Assembly: GCF_009914755.1 (NCBI RefSeq) | Contig: NC_060947.1 | DNA length: 64,000 bases | DNA from: the human T2T-CHM13v2.0 reference genome, Homo sapiens | Strand: one strand, 5' to 3' | Part shown: in pieces, positions 1 to 13,580 of the stretch | Layout: each line of letters begins with the position of its first letter | Position numbering within the stretch: the first letter of the stretch is position 1 | Program-made: the position numbers and the translations under genes | Notes under the pieces: model-generated | What the model was told of the DNA's origin: nothing | The model's input: only the letters and a program-made list of their open reading frames with translations | Database searches by the model: none

Positions 1-724
1 ATTTTACTGAATGAATGCATCAGTGGGAGATTGGAAAGCTGTGGAATAAAAAATATATATATATAACAGAGCCATTGATGGTGCAGAATCCTGAACAAAA
101 TCTAGCTTTGGATGGGTTTGCAGCATATCAACTCTCCTTCCTTCTTTTTCCCCTCATCCCTACACTAAAACTTAAGCTTGTTATATAAAGTAAAAGTTGC
201 TTTCATTGCCTGTGCAATTCTCCCAATGTGTGAAATTTCATCTGACTTCCTTTAATGTTGTCATTTGTCTATTTAACCCTCCTGACTCAGACTCCCTCTA
301 ATAACAATAATAACTCAAATACTCTGTACTAAAACCAGAACGCTGAAATCAGTATTTTTAATTAATTTGAAACAACTGCTAGCAATAGCTTCTATTGACA
401 ACTCTACGCTTTTCAACACTTAATCATATTCTGAAGTACTCCCAGAAGCTGGGCGACTGTTACTCTTATGATATGAGATGATATTTTCCTTCCATGCATT
501 CAATGTGAATGGTTTGTTCTGAAAAACTTCAGCTTTCATGTACTCCTAATGGTAAGAATCACATGGTAGGAAATATGATAAATGAAGTATTTACCAGTTC
601 TTACTGACTGTTCTTTCATACTTCCTTGGATCTCTTACAGGCACTAAAGATATCCTGTAGTTATATGACTTCCTATTGAAAATGCACTTTCACTCATTCA
701 TTATTTTATATAGTCTTCCACACA

Positions 725-955
725 TTGCTAACATTTACCAAACATTCACTACGTATGTGGTATTGTGCTGGGGGATTTATATATATTAATTCATTTAATT
801 CTTATAAAACACCTAAGTGATATATACTATCATAATTTTATAGATGAAGGAACTGAAGTACTAAAAGCTGAAGTAATTTGCTCAAGGCCCCACAACCAGC
901 AGAAAAGGAAGCTAGCATTTCAACTCAGGTCTGCCCAACTCCAGAGCCAAGATTT
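725..955 (-). mobile_element. MIR SINE
   Basis: Reverse-complement MIR: gctaacattta...tcatttaattctta...tttatagatgaaggaactgaag...aagtaatttgctcaagg...actccagagcc. Confidence 0.8.
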
Positions 956-1691
956 ATCTATTGTTTTTTGTCACCTCAACAAATATTTACCATATGCCAT
1001 GCAGCACACTAGGCAGTACCTACAAAGATGAATAGGGCATGATCTCCTTGGCCTTCCAGAGGTAACACTAGTTGGGGCTATATGGGTGGGAATGGAGTGT
1101 CAGATGCAGAAGCTAAGGAATTTTCTCTTTACAAACAGGTGGGTGAGAAAGTAGACACAGCACTGTGAATTTGTGGAGTTTTGAAAAATGGACAGAGGGC
1201 TACAGACTGAGAGGGAATAGGGCCACCAACTCTAGAATTAAGGTCAACTGATAGGGTAGAAACATGCCATTCTCAGGGGCTTAAGCTGACAAAAGAAATT
1301 GCCCACTGTAGAAATGAGATTGGCTGCCCACAGAAAAGTATTTACTGATAGATAAGGGACCTCCCTATGTGTCATTAAGGAGTAATGCTCTAAAATGTAA
1401 TCAGTGGAAAACACAACTGTAGCCTTGGAAATGCTATGGCTGGGAAAGTCCATATAACTAAGACGGGGTTCATGATATTGTGACATGTACAAACAAGTTA
1501 TTTGACCATTATAGAGAGAAAAATAAAAATAATTAGAAAGAGAAGTTGCTTTTATTACTCTGTGCCCTGGCCTACTGACACATTTATTGACTTTCTGATA
1601 GGGTGATGCATGGATGCATCAGACTGAATAAACTACATGACTCCATCTCTTCAGATCATCCCACACCATATACTATCTCTTCACTCACCAG

Positions 1692-2365
1692 TAATAACAG
1701 TCACCATATAACAAGTGCCTACAGAGTCAAACACTTTACATAAATTATCTTATTTAATCCTCAAGGCAACTCTATGATATCATAGAATTCTATTATTAGT
1801 TCCATTTTCAAATGACGGAACTGAGGCTCAGAGAGGTTATGTGACTTAAGCCCATAAAACGGAATGAGTGGTATATTAGTTTTCTGTGACTACCATAACA
1901 AATTGCCACAAACTTGGTGGCTTAAAACAGCAGATATTTATACTTTCACAGTTCTGGAGGCCAGAAGTTCAAAATCAAGGTGTTGGCAGGGCCATGCTCC
2001 CTACAAAGGCTCTAGGGGAGATTCTGTTCCTTGCCTCTTCCTAGCGGTTCCAGGTGTTGCTTGGCTTGTGGTAGCATCATTCCAATCCCTGCCTCTGTCT
2101 TCAGATGGGCTTCTCCCTTGTCTCTGTGCCCTGTCACTTATAAGGACACTTATCATTGGATTTACAGCCCACCCTAATCCAGGATGATCTCATGTAGACA
2201 TCCTTATCTTACATACATCAGCAAAGAGTCATATTCTAAATAAGTTCACATTTTGCAGTTCCAGTTGGATGTAACTTTTGGGGGCGGTGACACAATTCAA
2301 CCCACTATGTATAGCCTAGCTGGGACCCTAGCCTATCTGACTCCAAAACTCTGGCTCTTTCCACT
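1692..2365 (-). mobile_element. MIR SINE split by an MLT1 LTR
   Basis: Core cattttcaaatgacggaactgaggctcagagaggtta lies before 1872; the remainder (tctgactccaaa) resumes after 2311. Confidence 0.7.
1872..2311 (-). mobile_element. MLT1B/MLT1C-like MaLR solo LTR
   Basis: tattagttt...cttggtggcttaaaacagcag...cacagttctggaggccagaagt...cccaccctaatccaggatgatctc...acacaattcaaccca. Confidence 0.85.
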
Positions 2366-3024
2366 AACTAAAGCAGGCTGCTCCCACCAAACAAACAGCC
2401 TTTTGTCTTTATTTGGTTTCCTAAGTAGATTTCCTACTGGGATTTATCAAGATGAATTAATAAATTGACATTTTGGCTTCCAAATTATTGCCTTATAAGT
2501 TTAGGTTGTGTGAAATTTGTCCCCTAGAGCCTGATCAATCCCTGGCTAAAATGGAAAAAATTGAGTTTTGGAACCTGTGAAGCTGATGAATGGATCCTGA
2601 ATAGGACCAAGGTCCATTTAGAGTATAAGCATCCCACAGCCTGCCAGCCATACTAATTTCTTTACTATATATGTGACCATAATATAATGGGATAGCATAA
2701 TATTCTAAGTCTACCGAAGAATGTCTAATCATCTAAGAGCTTACAGGGGGAATTTTTGTGTACCTTAATATTATATCCAGAAATATTCCCTGTAGTGCCA
2801 ACTATATTTGTTCCTGAGCCTCAGCTCCCTGCATCAGGTCACAAGGAAGATGTCTCTAGGAGTTCATTATCACATTAAGACAAGGATTCTGTAGGAAAAT
2901 GGGAATCTAGAAACAGTAGGGACTTCCTGTACCTCTACATCAGTGTCTTTGCAGGGGAATTGCCCTAGCTGACCAGTTGACACTGGCCTGCTCACACCTT
3001 AATTATGAATAGAATATTCCCAGG

Positions 3025-3234
3025 GATGTCTTTCTCAGATTGTGGTCAGTTTGTGGGCCGCCTATTGTGGTGGTCCACTGAGTGACACCTGGGGAGCTAG
3101 TTAAAAATGTCAGTTTCCTGGTCCTTTATAGCAGACTTACTGAGTTAGTATATCTGAAGATAGGGTCAGGAGCCTGCATTTTAAAACAAGATTCTGGAAT
3201 AATTCTGATACATATTCAAGTTTGAGAACCATTG
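3025..3234 (+). mobile_element. MER5A-like hAT-Charlie MITE
   Basis: cacctggggagctagttaaaaatg...ctgcattttaaaacaag...ttctgat...caagtttgagaaccattg terminus. Confidence 0.7.
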
Positions 3235-4092
3235 CCTTCTGGTGAAATCAGGCTTCCATGACGTTGAAATACAGAATAAACTCCAAATGTTCATTTACAA
3301 TTCCAGCCAATAATCACTTACCTTATTGCATTCTTGTAGCGTGATCTATATGCTTTAGTTCATGTGACAATATCATTTCATATGGCTTAATTTAAATGAA
3401 AGCAAAGGCAGTTATGGCAAGATTTCTTAATCCTGCTCTCCTGAGACAATTTACATAATAACTTTTGGGGAGAATGCAATAATCTCTCTCTAATATCTTA
3501 AACTGATCTCTAAGGTTCCTTTTGGCTCCAACATTCTGATTCTATCAGTGTTCCTAGGGCTTCAAATCTGTCTGTGCAAAACACATTGCTTGTTACAGAC
3601 TAAACCTATTTTCCTTCTTCCAGGCAACAAGTTTCTGAAGAAAACTGGTTGCTCATGATCTTTCTGGGTGTTTTCTAATAATATATACCTTCTCACAATA
3701 TTATTGCAAAGAGTGAGCGAGGTGATCTATGCAAAGTGCCAAGCATAGTGCCTGACACAAGGAAGTGGTTAGTAAATATGCATGCTGCTTCCAGTGCATT
3801 GTGACAATACTATCTCTTGAATTATTGAAAATATAACATCAGGAAACTTCAGCTGAATGAAAACTAGGGAATTAGCTGTATTGACAATATTAGGTTTATT
3901 TGGCTTTAGGGGAACTAGATAGAACCGAAATCTCTGCAGACTGGCTCAGCTGCAGAATAGAGAGATGGCCCGGGGAGGACATGTGTTGGTTCCTGCCATG
4001 CATATTGTCTTGGAGAAAAGCTGCTATGACTCTGGCCCAACAAAGGTTTTATCCTAAAAGTCAGCTTCCAATCCCCAACATGATTCCTAAGC

Positions 4093-4375
4093 TAGCATTT
4101 CTCAAAATGTATTCCATGGAGTACTAGTTTCTGAGGATTGATGTTGATAGTATTACATAAAGAGCTCCATGAACAAGCAATGTTACAAACCACTGGATTA
4201 GTCAAATGTGGTTTCCTGGCTGCGAGAATATTCAGAGTCCTTAATAGGTCAACAGGTAATGTGAATCTCCAAAAACTAATGGGGTATACCGGATTTGAAA
4301 ATTTTTGTGACCTCACTCACAGAGATGGTGGTGAGGGACTAGTGGTTCTGAAAAATGCAATTATGAGAACACTAC
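4093..4375. mobile_element. hAT-Charlie non-autonomous element (MER5C-like, subfamily uncertain)
   Basis: TIR-like ends (agcatttctcaaaatgt / atgagaacact) and internal cagagtccttaata...tgtgaatctccaa; a related copy lies at 26925. Confidence 0.5.
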
Positions 4376-5724
4376 TCCAAAATGACTAGTGACTTGCTAA
4401 CAAGAATGGACACTTTTCAGCCCTTACATGATAAAAGTTAAGAGAACAATTACGTGCTAAACTATAGAGTACTGTCCCTCAGCCCCCTAGTGTCTCCATT
4501 TTCTTCTTTGATCAGCTTAGATTCTATAACCATCCTTAAAGTCACTGTTTAGCATACACCCTAGATTCCCTAGGCTCTCTCTGCTTTCATGTGATTTGAA
4601 TAACAGACATCCAATCGTTGTTAAATCCTACTCTCTTTATTCCCAACCTGCCCCAGCAGCCGAATGAGATTGGATAAAAGCTTATAACCGTGCTAACCAG
4701 TCTCGCTTTAGATTCAGGACCACTAACTTCAAATGGGCCCTTAGTACTATCTGCTAACTTCACTACATTCATTTCATCCATTCATTCTTGAATGCTCCTG
4801 GGTGGCTTTTTTACATCTTTCCTTTCCTCAAACTTCCGACACTTGTTTCTACATTTTCCCTTTCAGCTGCTACCTTGTTTCCTATTTCACTGAGAAAATA
4901 GAAGTTGTCAGAAAAGAACTCCCACCAATCTATTTGTATTTGTATCCATAAACTCTGCCTTCCCTCTTGTCACTGTGAGCGAACCATCTGGGATTCCACT
5001 GAATGCTGACTCCTCTACTTATGCACTAAATTTTATTTCTTTTTGCCTAATCAAGGTCATTACTCAAGTCATTCACTCTTCCCTCATGGCATCAATTTTT
5101 CTTTCATTGAACAACATCTTCAATGTTTAAAAAATCTGTTCTCTTCACCCAAGTCATAGCCCCATTTCTCTCCTCCTCAGAGCAAAAATTCTGGAATGAG
5201 TTGTCTCTGCTCATTCGTTCCAATTTCTCTCCTCTCATTTTCTCTTGAATCCTCTCCAGTCAGGCTTTTGCCATCATCACTCCACCAAAATGATTCATAT
5301 CAAGGTCAACAATATCTCCTCAGTATTAAATTCAATGGTCATTTTACTGTTCTCCTTTTTTTTTCGCCCAACAGCGGCATTTGACACAGTTTATCACTCT
5401 CTCCTTGAAACACTTTTTTCTTCCACTTGGCTTCCAGGACACCATGTAATTCTTGGCTCTTTCTACTTCACTAGCTACTATTTCTTAATATCCTTTACAG
5501 GTATGTCTTCATTTTCATGATAACTAGGTTGTCTGATTGGCATCTCAACTTGAAATTATCCAAGGTCAAAGTGACTATTTTCCTTATACCTGCTTCTCCC
5601 ACAGCCTTCTTTATCCATTCTTCTGGTTATTTAGGCCAAAGCCTTGGAGTCTGACTTGACTCCCTTTTTCTCTCACACTCCAGATCCTATCTATCAGCAA
5701 TACTTTCAGCTGAATAGTTAAAAA

Positions 5725-5883
5725 TTTATTTGTTTAGAAACAGCATCTCACACTGTCACCCAGGCTGGAATGGAGTGGCACAATCATAGCTCACTATAAC
5801 TTCAGACTCCTGGGCTCAAGGGATCCTCCCACCTCAGATTTCCCAGTAGTTGGAACTACAGGTACTCACCACAGTGCTGGCTA

Positions 5884-5928
<45 letters not shown>

Positions 5929-6050
5929 TTGTAGAAACAGATGTCTTGCTTTGTTGCCCAGGCTGGTCTTGAACTTCTGGCCTAAAGTTATTTTCCCACC
6001 ATGGCCTCTCAAATTGTTGGGATTACAGGTGTGAGCCACTGCACCTGGCC
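5725..6050 (-). mobile_element. AluJ (Jo-like)
   Basis: Dimeric Alu with J diagnostics (atcatagctcac, ctcctgggctcaag, ttgttgcccaggctggtc); heavily diverged. Confidence 0.9.
5884..5928. repeat. (ATT)15 microsatellite in the Alu linker
   Basis: Uninterrupted trinucleotide run; explains the poly-N in ORF 5881..6114. Confidence 0.95.
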
Positions 6051-6960
6051 TAAAAGTATATTTAGAATCTGAACACTTCTCTACTGCTATAACCTTAATC
6101 CAAGCCAGCATCATTTCTTACTTGGATCATTACATAATCCATTAAACATGTAAATCAGATCATGTCATGCTCCTGCTCAAAACCGTCCGTGGCCTTTTAT
6201 ATTGTTCACAATAAAAGCCAAAGTCTTTAGAGTGACCTACAAGATTCTACATGATCTACCTTCATTCCCATTACCTCTCTGACCTCATGCCCTGTCACTC
6301 TCCTCTTTGATTACTGAGATCAGCCATATGGCTTACTTGCTGTTTCTCAGACATACCAAGAAAACTCCCAGAGGTCCATTGCTTTTCTCTCTAACTAGGA
6401 TGTTTCTTCCTCATAGAGTGTCATGCTTATTCACTTGCTTCTGTCAAATCTCTGTGCAAATGACACTTTATCAGTGATACTTTCTTTATCATCTTATTTA
6501 AAAATTGCCACTCTCTGCATGCTTCCTACAACTTTACTCTGCTTAATTTTTTTCCATAGTACTTGTCATTTTCTGATATATTAATATTGATTTGTTTGTT
6601 TACTGTCTATCTTCACCACTAGAATATAAGCTTCAGGAAGGCAGGGATTTTATTTTGTTGCTGCTGTATCCCTAGTGTGTAATGTGGTAGCTGGCACATA
6701 ATAGGTGCTCAATAAATTTCAAATTATTATAATAAAGAATGATTCCAAGTGCAATAGGAATTCCAAGATTCCTGCCATCTTCAGATGGACCCAGATATCC
6801 TTCATCATCTGCAGCAATCCCCCACCCAGTGCCAAACTCTGTGACACTGCATGTCTGGTAGTGAGTTTAGTCTTTACATGAGGACTTCCAGGAAGTTCCA
6901 TAGATTCTTAAGCAAAGTGCTCCATTATTGAAGCTATTTAACTCCTAGAAAGATCTTTGT

Positions 6961-7760
<800 letters not shown>

Positions 7761-7764
7761 CTCC

Positions 7765-7936
7765 AGAGATTCTTAGTCTGGAGTCCATATATGGGTTTCA
7801 ATGGGTCTATGAATCTCCTGAAAGTGCATGTTGACACTTGTGTGCGTGTGTACATGTATATCTTTTAGCAGAGCAGGCCCATATCTTTGATCAGATTGAA
7901 AGGAATCTGAGACCCAAAATGAGTAAGAAACCACTA
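7765..7936 (-). mobile_element. MER103C-like hAT-Charlie MITE
   Basis: atgggtctatgaatctcctgaaa...atcagatt...gacccaaaa...taagaaaccact. Confidence 0.65.
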
Positions 7937-8095
7937 TATTGAGTCTGAATCTGCCTTCCTGAAACACCTACCCTTTAGTCCTAATTCCACTGTTTGGAGC
8001 AGTTCTGTCAGGACCTGGTACATAGAGGACATACAACAGGTAACTTGTGAAATGGATGAAGGGACAACATAAAATGAATCTATTCTGTCTCTCTC

Positions 8096-8418
8096 TTTTT
8101 AAAATTTTTAAATTTTTATTTATTATTATTTTTTAAAGACAGAGTATCACTCTTGTCACCCAGGCTGGAGTGCAATGGCACAATATTGGTTCACTGAAAA
8201 CTTCCACTCCCAGGTTCAAGCAATTGTCCTGCCTCAGCCTCCCCAGTAGCTAGGATTACAGGCACCTGCCACCATGCCCAGCTAATTTTTGTATTTTTAG
8301 TAGAGACATGGTTTCACCATGTTGGCCAGGCTGGTCACAAACTCCTGACCTCATGTGATCCACCCGCCTAGGCCTCCCAAAGTGCTGGGATTACAAGCGT
8401 GAGCCACTGCGCCCGGCC
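8096..8418 (-). mobile_element. AluSq-like
   Basis: tcttgtcacccaggctggagtgcaatggc diagnostic; TSD tattct(g/c)tct at 8081 and 8419. Confidence 0.9.
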
Positions 8419-9002
8419 TATTCTCTCTTCTTTATGTTAGCTTTTGGTTAGCCTGAGGAAACTATCATATTCTAAGTCATCCCTTTTCTAAAGTTAATTA
8501 CTTAATTTTCTTAACTTTTCCTAATTTGACATGGTTTCCAAACCTGTAGGCTTTCCCTACATGCTGTAATGTGGGTTTCTTCCTCAAATGCCATCGGGGC
8601 AAGCTGGTAATTTAAAAAAGTGAAGTGGATCAGATGTGAGACAACGGCAAGTGGTGGGACCTGTGGAGTCCACATGGCTAAGATGTTCACATTCAAACTC
8701 ACATATAACACATCCATAACCAAACAAAAAATATTTTCAGGCCAGTTTTGGACTATGGGCAGGCAGCTTGCAAATATAAAAATTTGGACCTCGTACAGTT
8801 TGTTGATACTCTTTTCACATCTTCTGCACTCTATCAATTCACTTTTGTCCTCCCCATAGGCCTGACAATTTAATCAAACTAAGGTAGTGCCTGCATCTCA
8901 AATACCCCTTAAGATTCCTTGCTATTATTCCTTTGCCAATATGGCTCTGTCTGTATAAAATGCCTTTGTGGAATATTCTCTACTTGCCCCTCAAGATCCA
9001 CT

Positions 9003-9084
9003 TTTAAAAATAGACTATTTTTTAGAGCAGTTTTAGGTTAACAGCAAAATTGAGAGGAACATACAGAGAGTTCCCGTTAGCCCC
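9003..9084 (-). mobile_element. L1MB-type extreme 3' end
   Basis: tttttagagcagttttaggtt.acagcaaaattgag...tacagagagttccc; flanked by ~19-bp direct repeat cccct(c/a)aagatcca(c/g)tttt. Confidence 0.75.
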
Positions 9085-9154
9085 TAAAGATCCAGTTTTC
9101 ACCCTTCTTCATCCTCTTTGTGTACCCCCCGAGACTGACCTTTATAGACTGCAT

Positions 9155-9476
9155 TTAAAAACATATTTTTAGTTATTGTGGGTACATAGTAGGTGTATAT
9201 ATTTTTGGGGTACATGAGATGTTCTGATACAGGCATGCAATGTGAAATAAACACATCATGAAGAATGGGGTATCCATACCCTCAAGCATTTACTCACTGA
9301 GTCGCAAACAATCCAATTACAGTCCTTAAATTATTTTTAAATGTACAGTTATCACTGGCTATAGTCACCCTGTTGTGCTATCAAATAGCAGATCTTATTC
9401 ATTCTATTTTTTGTACCCATTGACCATCCCCAACTCCCCCCAGCCCCCCACTACCTTCCCAGCCTCTGGTAACCAT
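9155..9476 (-). mobile_element. L1MA (MA2/MA3-like) 3' end
   Basis: gtgggtacatagtaggtgtatatattt...gatacaggcatgcaatgtgaaataa...cccagcctctggtaaccat. Confidence 0.85.
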
Positions 9477-10179
9477 ATGAATTGGCTTCCTTGTCCTCTG
9501 AATTCTTCTTGGATATGGCCAATGTAAGGCACTAACAGGGGACTGGAGATCAGAGACAGGTTAAAGTCTGCGTATTTATTCTCCTGGCTCCCTCTTTATG
9601 GAGTGGGTGCAGCTTGGCTGAATCCTGTTAGAAGGATCTGCTGTGAGCCACAGACTTTTTTTTGGCAGTCATCTTCTAAAGCTATGGCTACTCTGTCTAG
9701 GTTCTGGTTAACTGCTTTCTCCCCTTGGCTTTTCAGGTCTCAGGGTGGTAAGTGCTCCCTGGGGTGCTTCACCATCCTTTTTGCTTTCCCTTAACAATGC
9801 TCACACTGTTATAAACAGTCCGTTCATTAAACTCCACTCACTTCCCTGTTGAATATGCTCTCAATATCCTACTAGATCCTTTACTGTTACCAATGCCTTC
9901 AACTCCCTTGTGTACTTGGTGTACTCCCCATTGTTAAGGTCCCAGCTCCTAGGACAATGTGGTGCATTCCTAGATATCACTCCCTTTGAGAAAGTTAGCT
10001 ATTCCCCCACCTCTTTGAGAACATTTCTTGCAACACTCTGTGTTTAGATCTTGGGCTTCTTATGATTGGGAATGAAGCCTATTCGTTATTGTTTCCTGGC
10101 CAAGTAGATGTTTGGTGAGTATTGGTTATCTTTTTTGCTTTGTGAGGAGGATATAAAATCAAGGAAGGAGGATATTTGC

Positions 10180-10585
10180 TTTTTATTTCTTTCAAATTAT
10201 TTGATTTTAAAAGAAATGCCTACACATTATTTTTTAAAAATTAAAATGAAAAGAAAAAAGTAGTAAAAGTGGCACCGTTCTTCACATCCGTGCTGGAAGT
10301 AACAGTGGTAATGGTTTTTGTTGTGCATCCTTCCAGTATCTTTTTATGCACATAAAGGCTTAAGTTTGTGTACATAAAATGTAGACTCACATATTTCTCT
10401 GCTCCTTGCTTTTTTTTTAACTTAACAACACACCTGTCTTTCTATATCAGCCAATGTAAGTATACAGCCCTACTTCATTATGTTTTATGGCTGCATTGTA
10501 TTTCATTTGATGAATTTACCATAATTTATTTAACAAGCCTCTATTATTAGCTAGTTTATCTAATATTTTCACTGTTAAAAGCAAC
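10180..10585 (-). mobile_element. L1ME-type 3' fragment (appears to resume at 12180-12250)
   Basis: catccttccag...tatggctgcattgtatttcattt...accataatttatttaac; later atttctgtagaatagattcctaaaatggaattt. Confidence 0.6.
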
Positions 10586-10899
10586 ACAACTTAAAACACA
10601 GAGACATACTGGATCAAATTTAAGCCCAAAAATATATGGCTGAGCTCCAGAAGCAAGAAAGGAAAACTGTCAGATTCCAGAGACAAGAGAAAACTCACAG
10701 TCACAGCAATGAGCATAAATTGACATTTCACCACTCACAGGAAAAATGGGACCAGGTATATTCCTTAAAGGATGAGATTATAAGTCCTCTGTAGGGCTTA
10801 GAATTGAGTTAGAATTGTGCTTCCCTCATAAAACAAAGAGTAGAAGGATGCTGCCCCATTTATTATTTAAAAGCAGATTTCCCAAATAGTCAGGGGTAC

Positions 10900-11120
10900 A
10901 ATAATAACAAATCTTATTTAGTACTTACTATGTGCCAAGCATTGTTCTACATGATTTACATGTATTTATTTATTTAACCATCACAGAAACCCTATGATAT
11001 TAGGTACTATTATAAACCCCATTTTATAAGTAGGGAGTAAAACGTTTAAGTAACTTGCGCAGCTAGGAGGTGGCAGCTCTAAAATTCAGACTCAGGCATC
11101 CTGACTCCAGGACCATGCCT
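10900..11120 (-). mobile_element. MIR SINE
   Basis: cttactatgtgccaagcattgttcta...taggtactattat...ttaagtaacttgc...ctgactccag. Confidence 0.8.
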
Positions 11121-11229
11121 GTAAGTAAATGTGCTATATTGCTTCTCTACAAACAGGATGTAGGTCATCTTCCTTAGGATGAGGTGGAAATAAACTCACC
11201 CATAAGAAGTTTAAAACTTTAAACCTGAG

Positions 11230-12178
11230 CTGCACACTAGTATGAAACCAAAATTCACAGTACCCACATAATGCAGAAACCCTGGGGTGAGAACTTAACA
11301 TAAAACCTGGCTCAGAGCAGGAACACAATGAAACTCTAGCAGAGGCAAATGAAAAACCGCCTGTAGACCCACCTCCATAACTCAGAGTCCAATTCTTACG
11401 GAAGGGTTCTAACAGAAAACAGTTCCTGCAGAAGATAAGCTCACATGCAAAAAAATGATAAAGCACATGAGGAAATTGACTGGAATGAGTTAGTTGGTAT
11501 ATACAAGAAATGGGAGAATTATGTCCCAAGAAACTACAGATAATACAGTAATCTGAAAGGACTTTATTTTTTGGGTTTTTCTCATCTTTTTGTAGCCCTC
11601 ATGTATGAAAGAACTTTAAAATGTTGTATGTTTGAAGGTTTCAAGATGTAAAAAAGGAACATAATACATAAAGCAAGAGCACAACTTTCCTCGGTGTGTG
11701 TACACCAAATAAATAGGCCAGAAATGAAGAATATAGAAAATATGGGATGAGCATTGTAAGATTTTAGTTCTAGCCCCAATGAAATATTTAAAAAGTCAAA
11801 TGACAGTTTAAACTACAAATAAGTTATGAGTGAAGAGAGAACAAATGGAATAACAAATAGAGCCGAGATAATCATAGAATATAGCATGGCACTATAAAAA
11901 TGCTAAATATGAAAGGGAAAATAGAAGACACACATGATATAACAAGAAACTTCACATTCATCTAATAAAGCTCCAGAAAAAAAATAGGAAGAGATAATAT
12001 TCAAAGAGAAATAGCTGATAATTTTCTAAAACTGAACAGGACATGAGTCCTGAGATTAAAACCATGTACCTAGTTCTAAGCAGAATAAAGACAAATTGAT
12101 ACCCTGTAGATGCAACAGGGTGAAACTGTAGAACATCAAAGATAAAATGAAAATCTTGAAACCTACTATAGACAAACA
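11230..12178 (+). mobile_element. Ancient L1 (L1M/HAL1-like) 5' and ORF1 remnant
   Basis: A-rich; gataatattcaaagagaaatagctgataattttctaaaactga and gtgaaactgtagaacatcaaagataaa...aaaatcttgaaa resemble decayed ORF1. Confidence 0.6.
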
Positions 12179-12334
12179 ATGTTGCAAAATATTTCTGTAG
12201 AATAGATTCCTAAAATGGAATTTCTGGGCCAGGGTATATGCACATTAAAAAAATGAATATGTTTTAAATGCATGAGTGAGTGAATTAATGAGTCTAGTAG
12301 TATTTCTCTCAATCTGGACATATATTTATTTTAG

Positions 12335-12525
12335 TACAGCCTGAGATTGGATCCCCCAGCTATCTATTTATTTATATATTTGTGACTGCATCACCACTAT
12401 TGATTTCTATTGAGCATAAGACCAATTAAAATCCCCAGGACTTTTTCAAATGAAAGGCTGTCAAATGAGGTCCTCTTTAACATGTACTTAGGCAATTAAT
12501 CTTTAAAACTTAGAAGTAGGGCTAT
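12335..12525 (-). mobile_element. L3/CR1 fragment
   Basis: cactattgatttctattgagc...aattaaaatccccaggactttttcaaatgaa...tgtacttaggcaattaat. Confidence 0.5.
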
Positions 12526-12529
12526 TAAG

Positions 12530-12860
12530 ACATTGGTGAGATCACTGAGAGCTAGAGCTGTTAAAGAAGGTTTCATAAAGGAAGTAGGACTTAGGCTGCA
12601 TAGAATTTATTTTCGGTGGAGGGTGCAAAGGACAGCTTCTATGTTTGTGGGATGGAGGTAAGAAGAGTGATAAGGTGCATGAATAGACCATAGGATAGGA
12701 AATGAGCTTGGGGTGGATATGTGGAGGGTGGGTGAGTAAAGAGATAAGGTTCAAGGGAAGGGGTGGGGCAAGATTATGGAGGGCCTAAGAAGCCAGGGAG
12801 AGTGTCTGCATATGATATTATACATGGGCAATTGGAAGTCCCTTCAGCCTTTTTAAAGGA
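12530..12860 (-). mobile_element. L2 fragment
   Basis: Purine-rich; aagaaggtttcataaaggaagtagg...agattatggagggcctaagaagccagg. Confidence 0.5.
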
Positions 12861-13204
12861 AATTATATGTTTTCTGACTGGCCAATGAAAGGCTAACTAA
12901 CCCAGGAAAGAGCAAGAAGGCTGGGTGAAGTAATGCAGGCCCCTAGTTCTCCTGTTTCTGGGTTACTGGATAGGTTATATAGCAAGTAGGCAAGCTTAGC
13001 AAACAGCTCAGGGACACTAGGGTGACTTGATGTTAAACTGCCTGACTAGTGAGAATTAAATGTAATAAAACTGGAATTGCAAGACTAAAAATGGTATTTA
13101 GGCAGAATAATCTACTAGCAAATTCAGGATTCTTTAGAGTTGAGTGGGAAATATAAGAAAGAAAGAAAGATGCTGGATGCAGGAGAACAAGAGATGGAAT
13201 GAGA

Positions 13205-13580
13205 AAGTGGAATATACACTGGAATGAGCAACAGGAAACTTTAGTTCTAGTCTCAGCTCTACCCCTACTAACCGCACAACTTTGTGCAGATTACTTAAAC
13301 ATTGAGGCTAGTTTCCTCCTCTGCAAACAACCTAGAATACAAACTCTAAAGGGTGGTAACCAGATCTGCCATGTTCATCATTGTATCTCTAGCCACTGGT
13401 ACAGGGCCTAGAACGTAGTAGGGGCTCAGTAAATATTGGATGAATAGATGAATGAATGAATGAATGAATGAATCAATCAATCAATCAATTAGAGCCTGCC
13501 CTGCCTGCCTCACAGAGTTATTATAAACTTCAAATGAAATCAGGGATGGGGAAATATTACATGAACTTAAAACACTGAGC
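13205..13580 (+). mobile_element. MIR with a nested L2 3' end (13330-13490)
   Basis: MIR core gtttcctcctctgcaaa, then L2 tail ctagaat...gtagtaggggctcagtaaatattggatgaat, then MIR resumes cctgcctcacagagttatt. Confidence 0.7.
13440..13488. repeat. Compound (TGAA)n(TCAA)n microsatellite from the L2 tail
   Basis: atgaatgaatgaatgaatgaatgaatcaatcaatcaatcaa. Confidence 0.9.

Larger units (their letters stand above)
4790..6718 (+). mobile_element. L2a LINE (ORF2 3' part to 3' end), interrupted by AluJ
   Basis: cctatttcactgagaaaatagaag, aaattcaatggtcatttt, cttggcttccaggacacc; ends ggcacataataggtgctcaataaat. Confidence 0.85.
8967..9890 (+). mobile_element. LTR33-like ERVL solo LTR, interrupted by two L1 3' fragments
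   Basis: cttgcccctcaagatccac...gactgacctttatagactgca...ggccaatg...tatttattc...ggggtgcttcaccatcc...attaaactc. Confidence 0.75.

Noticed and set aside
3624-3712. Plus-strand exon-like interval after ttttccttcttccag
   Set aside because: Stops in all frames and a weak donor; indistinguishable from a pseudo-exon.
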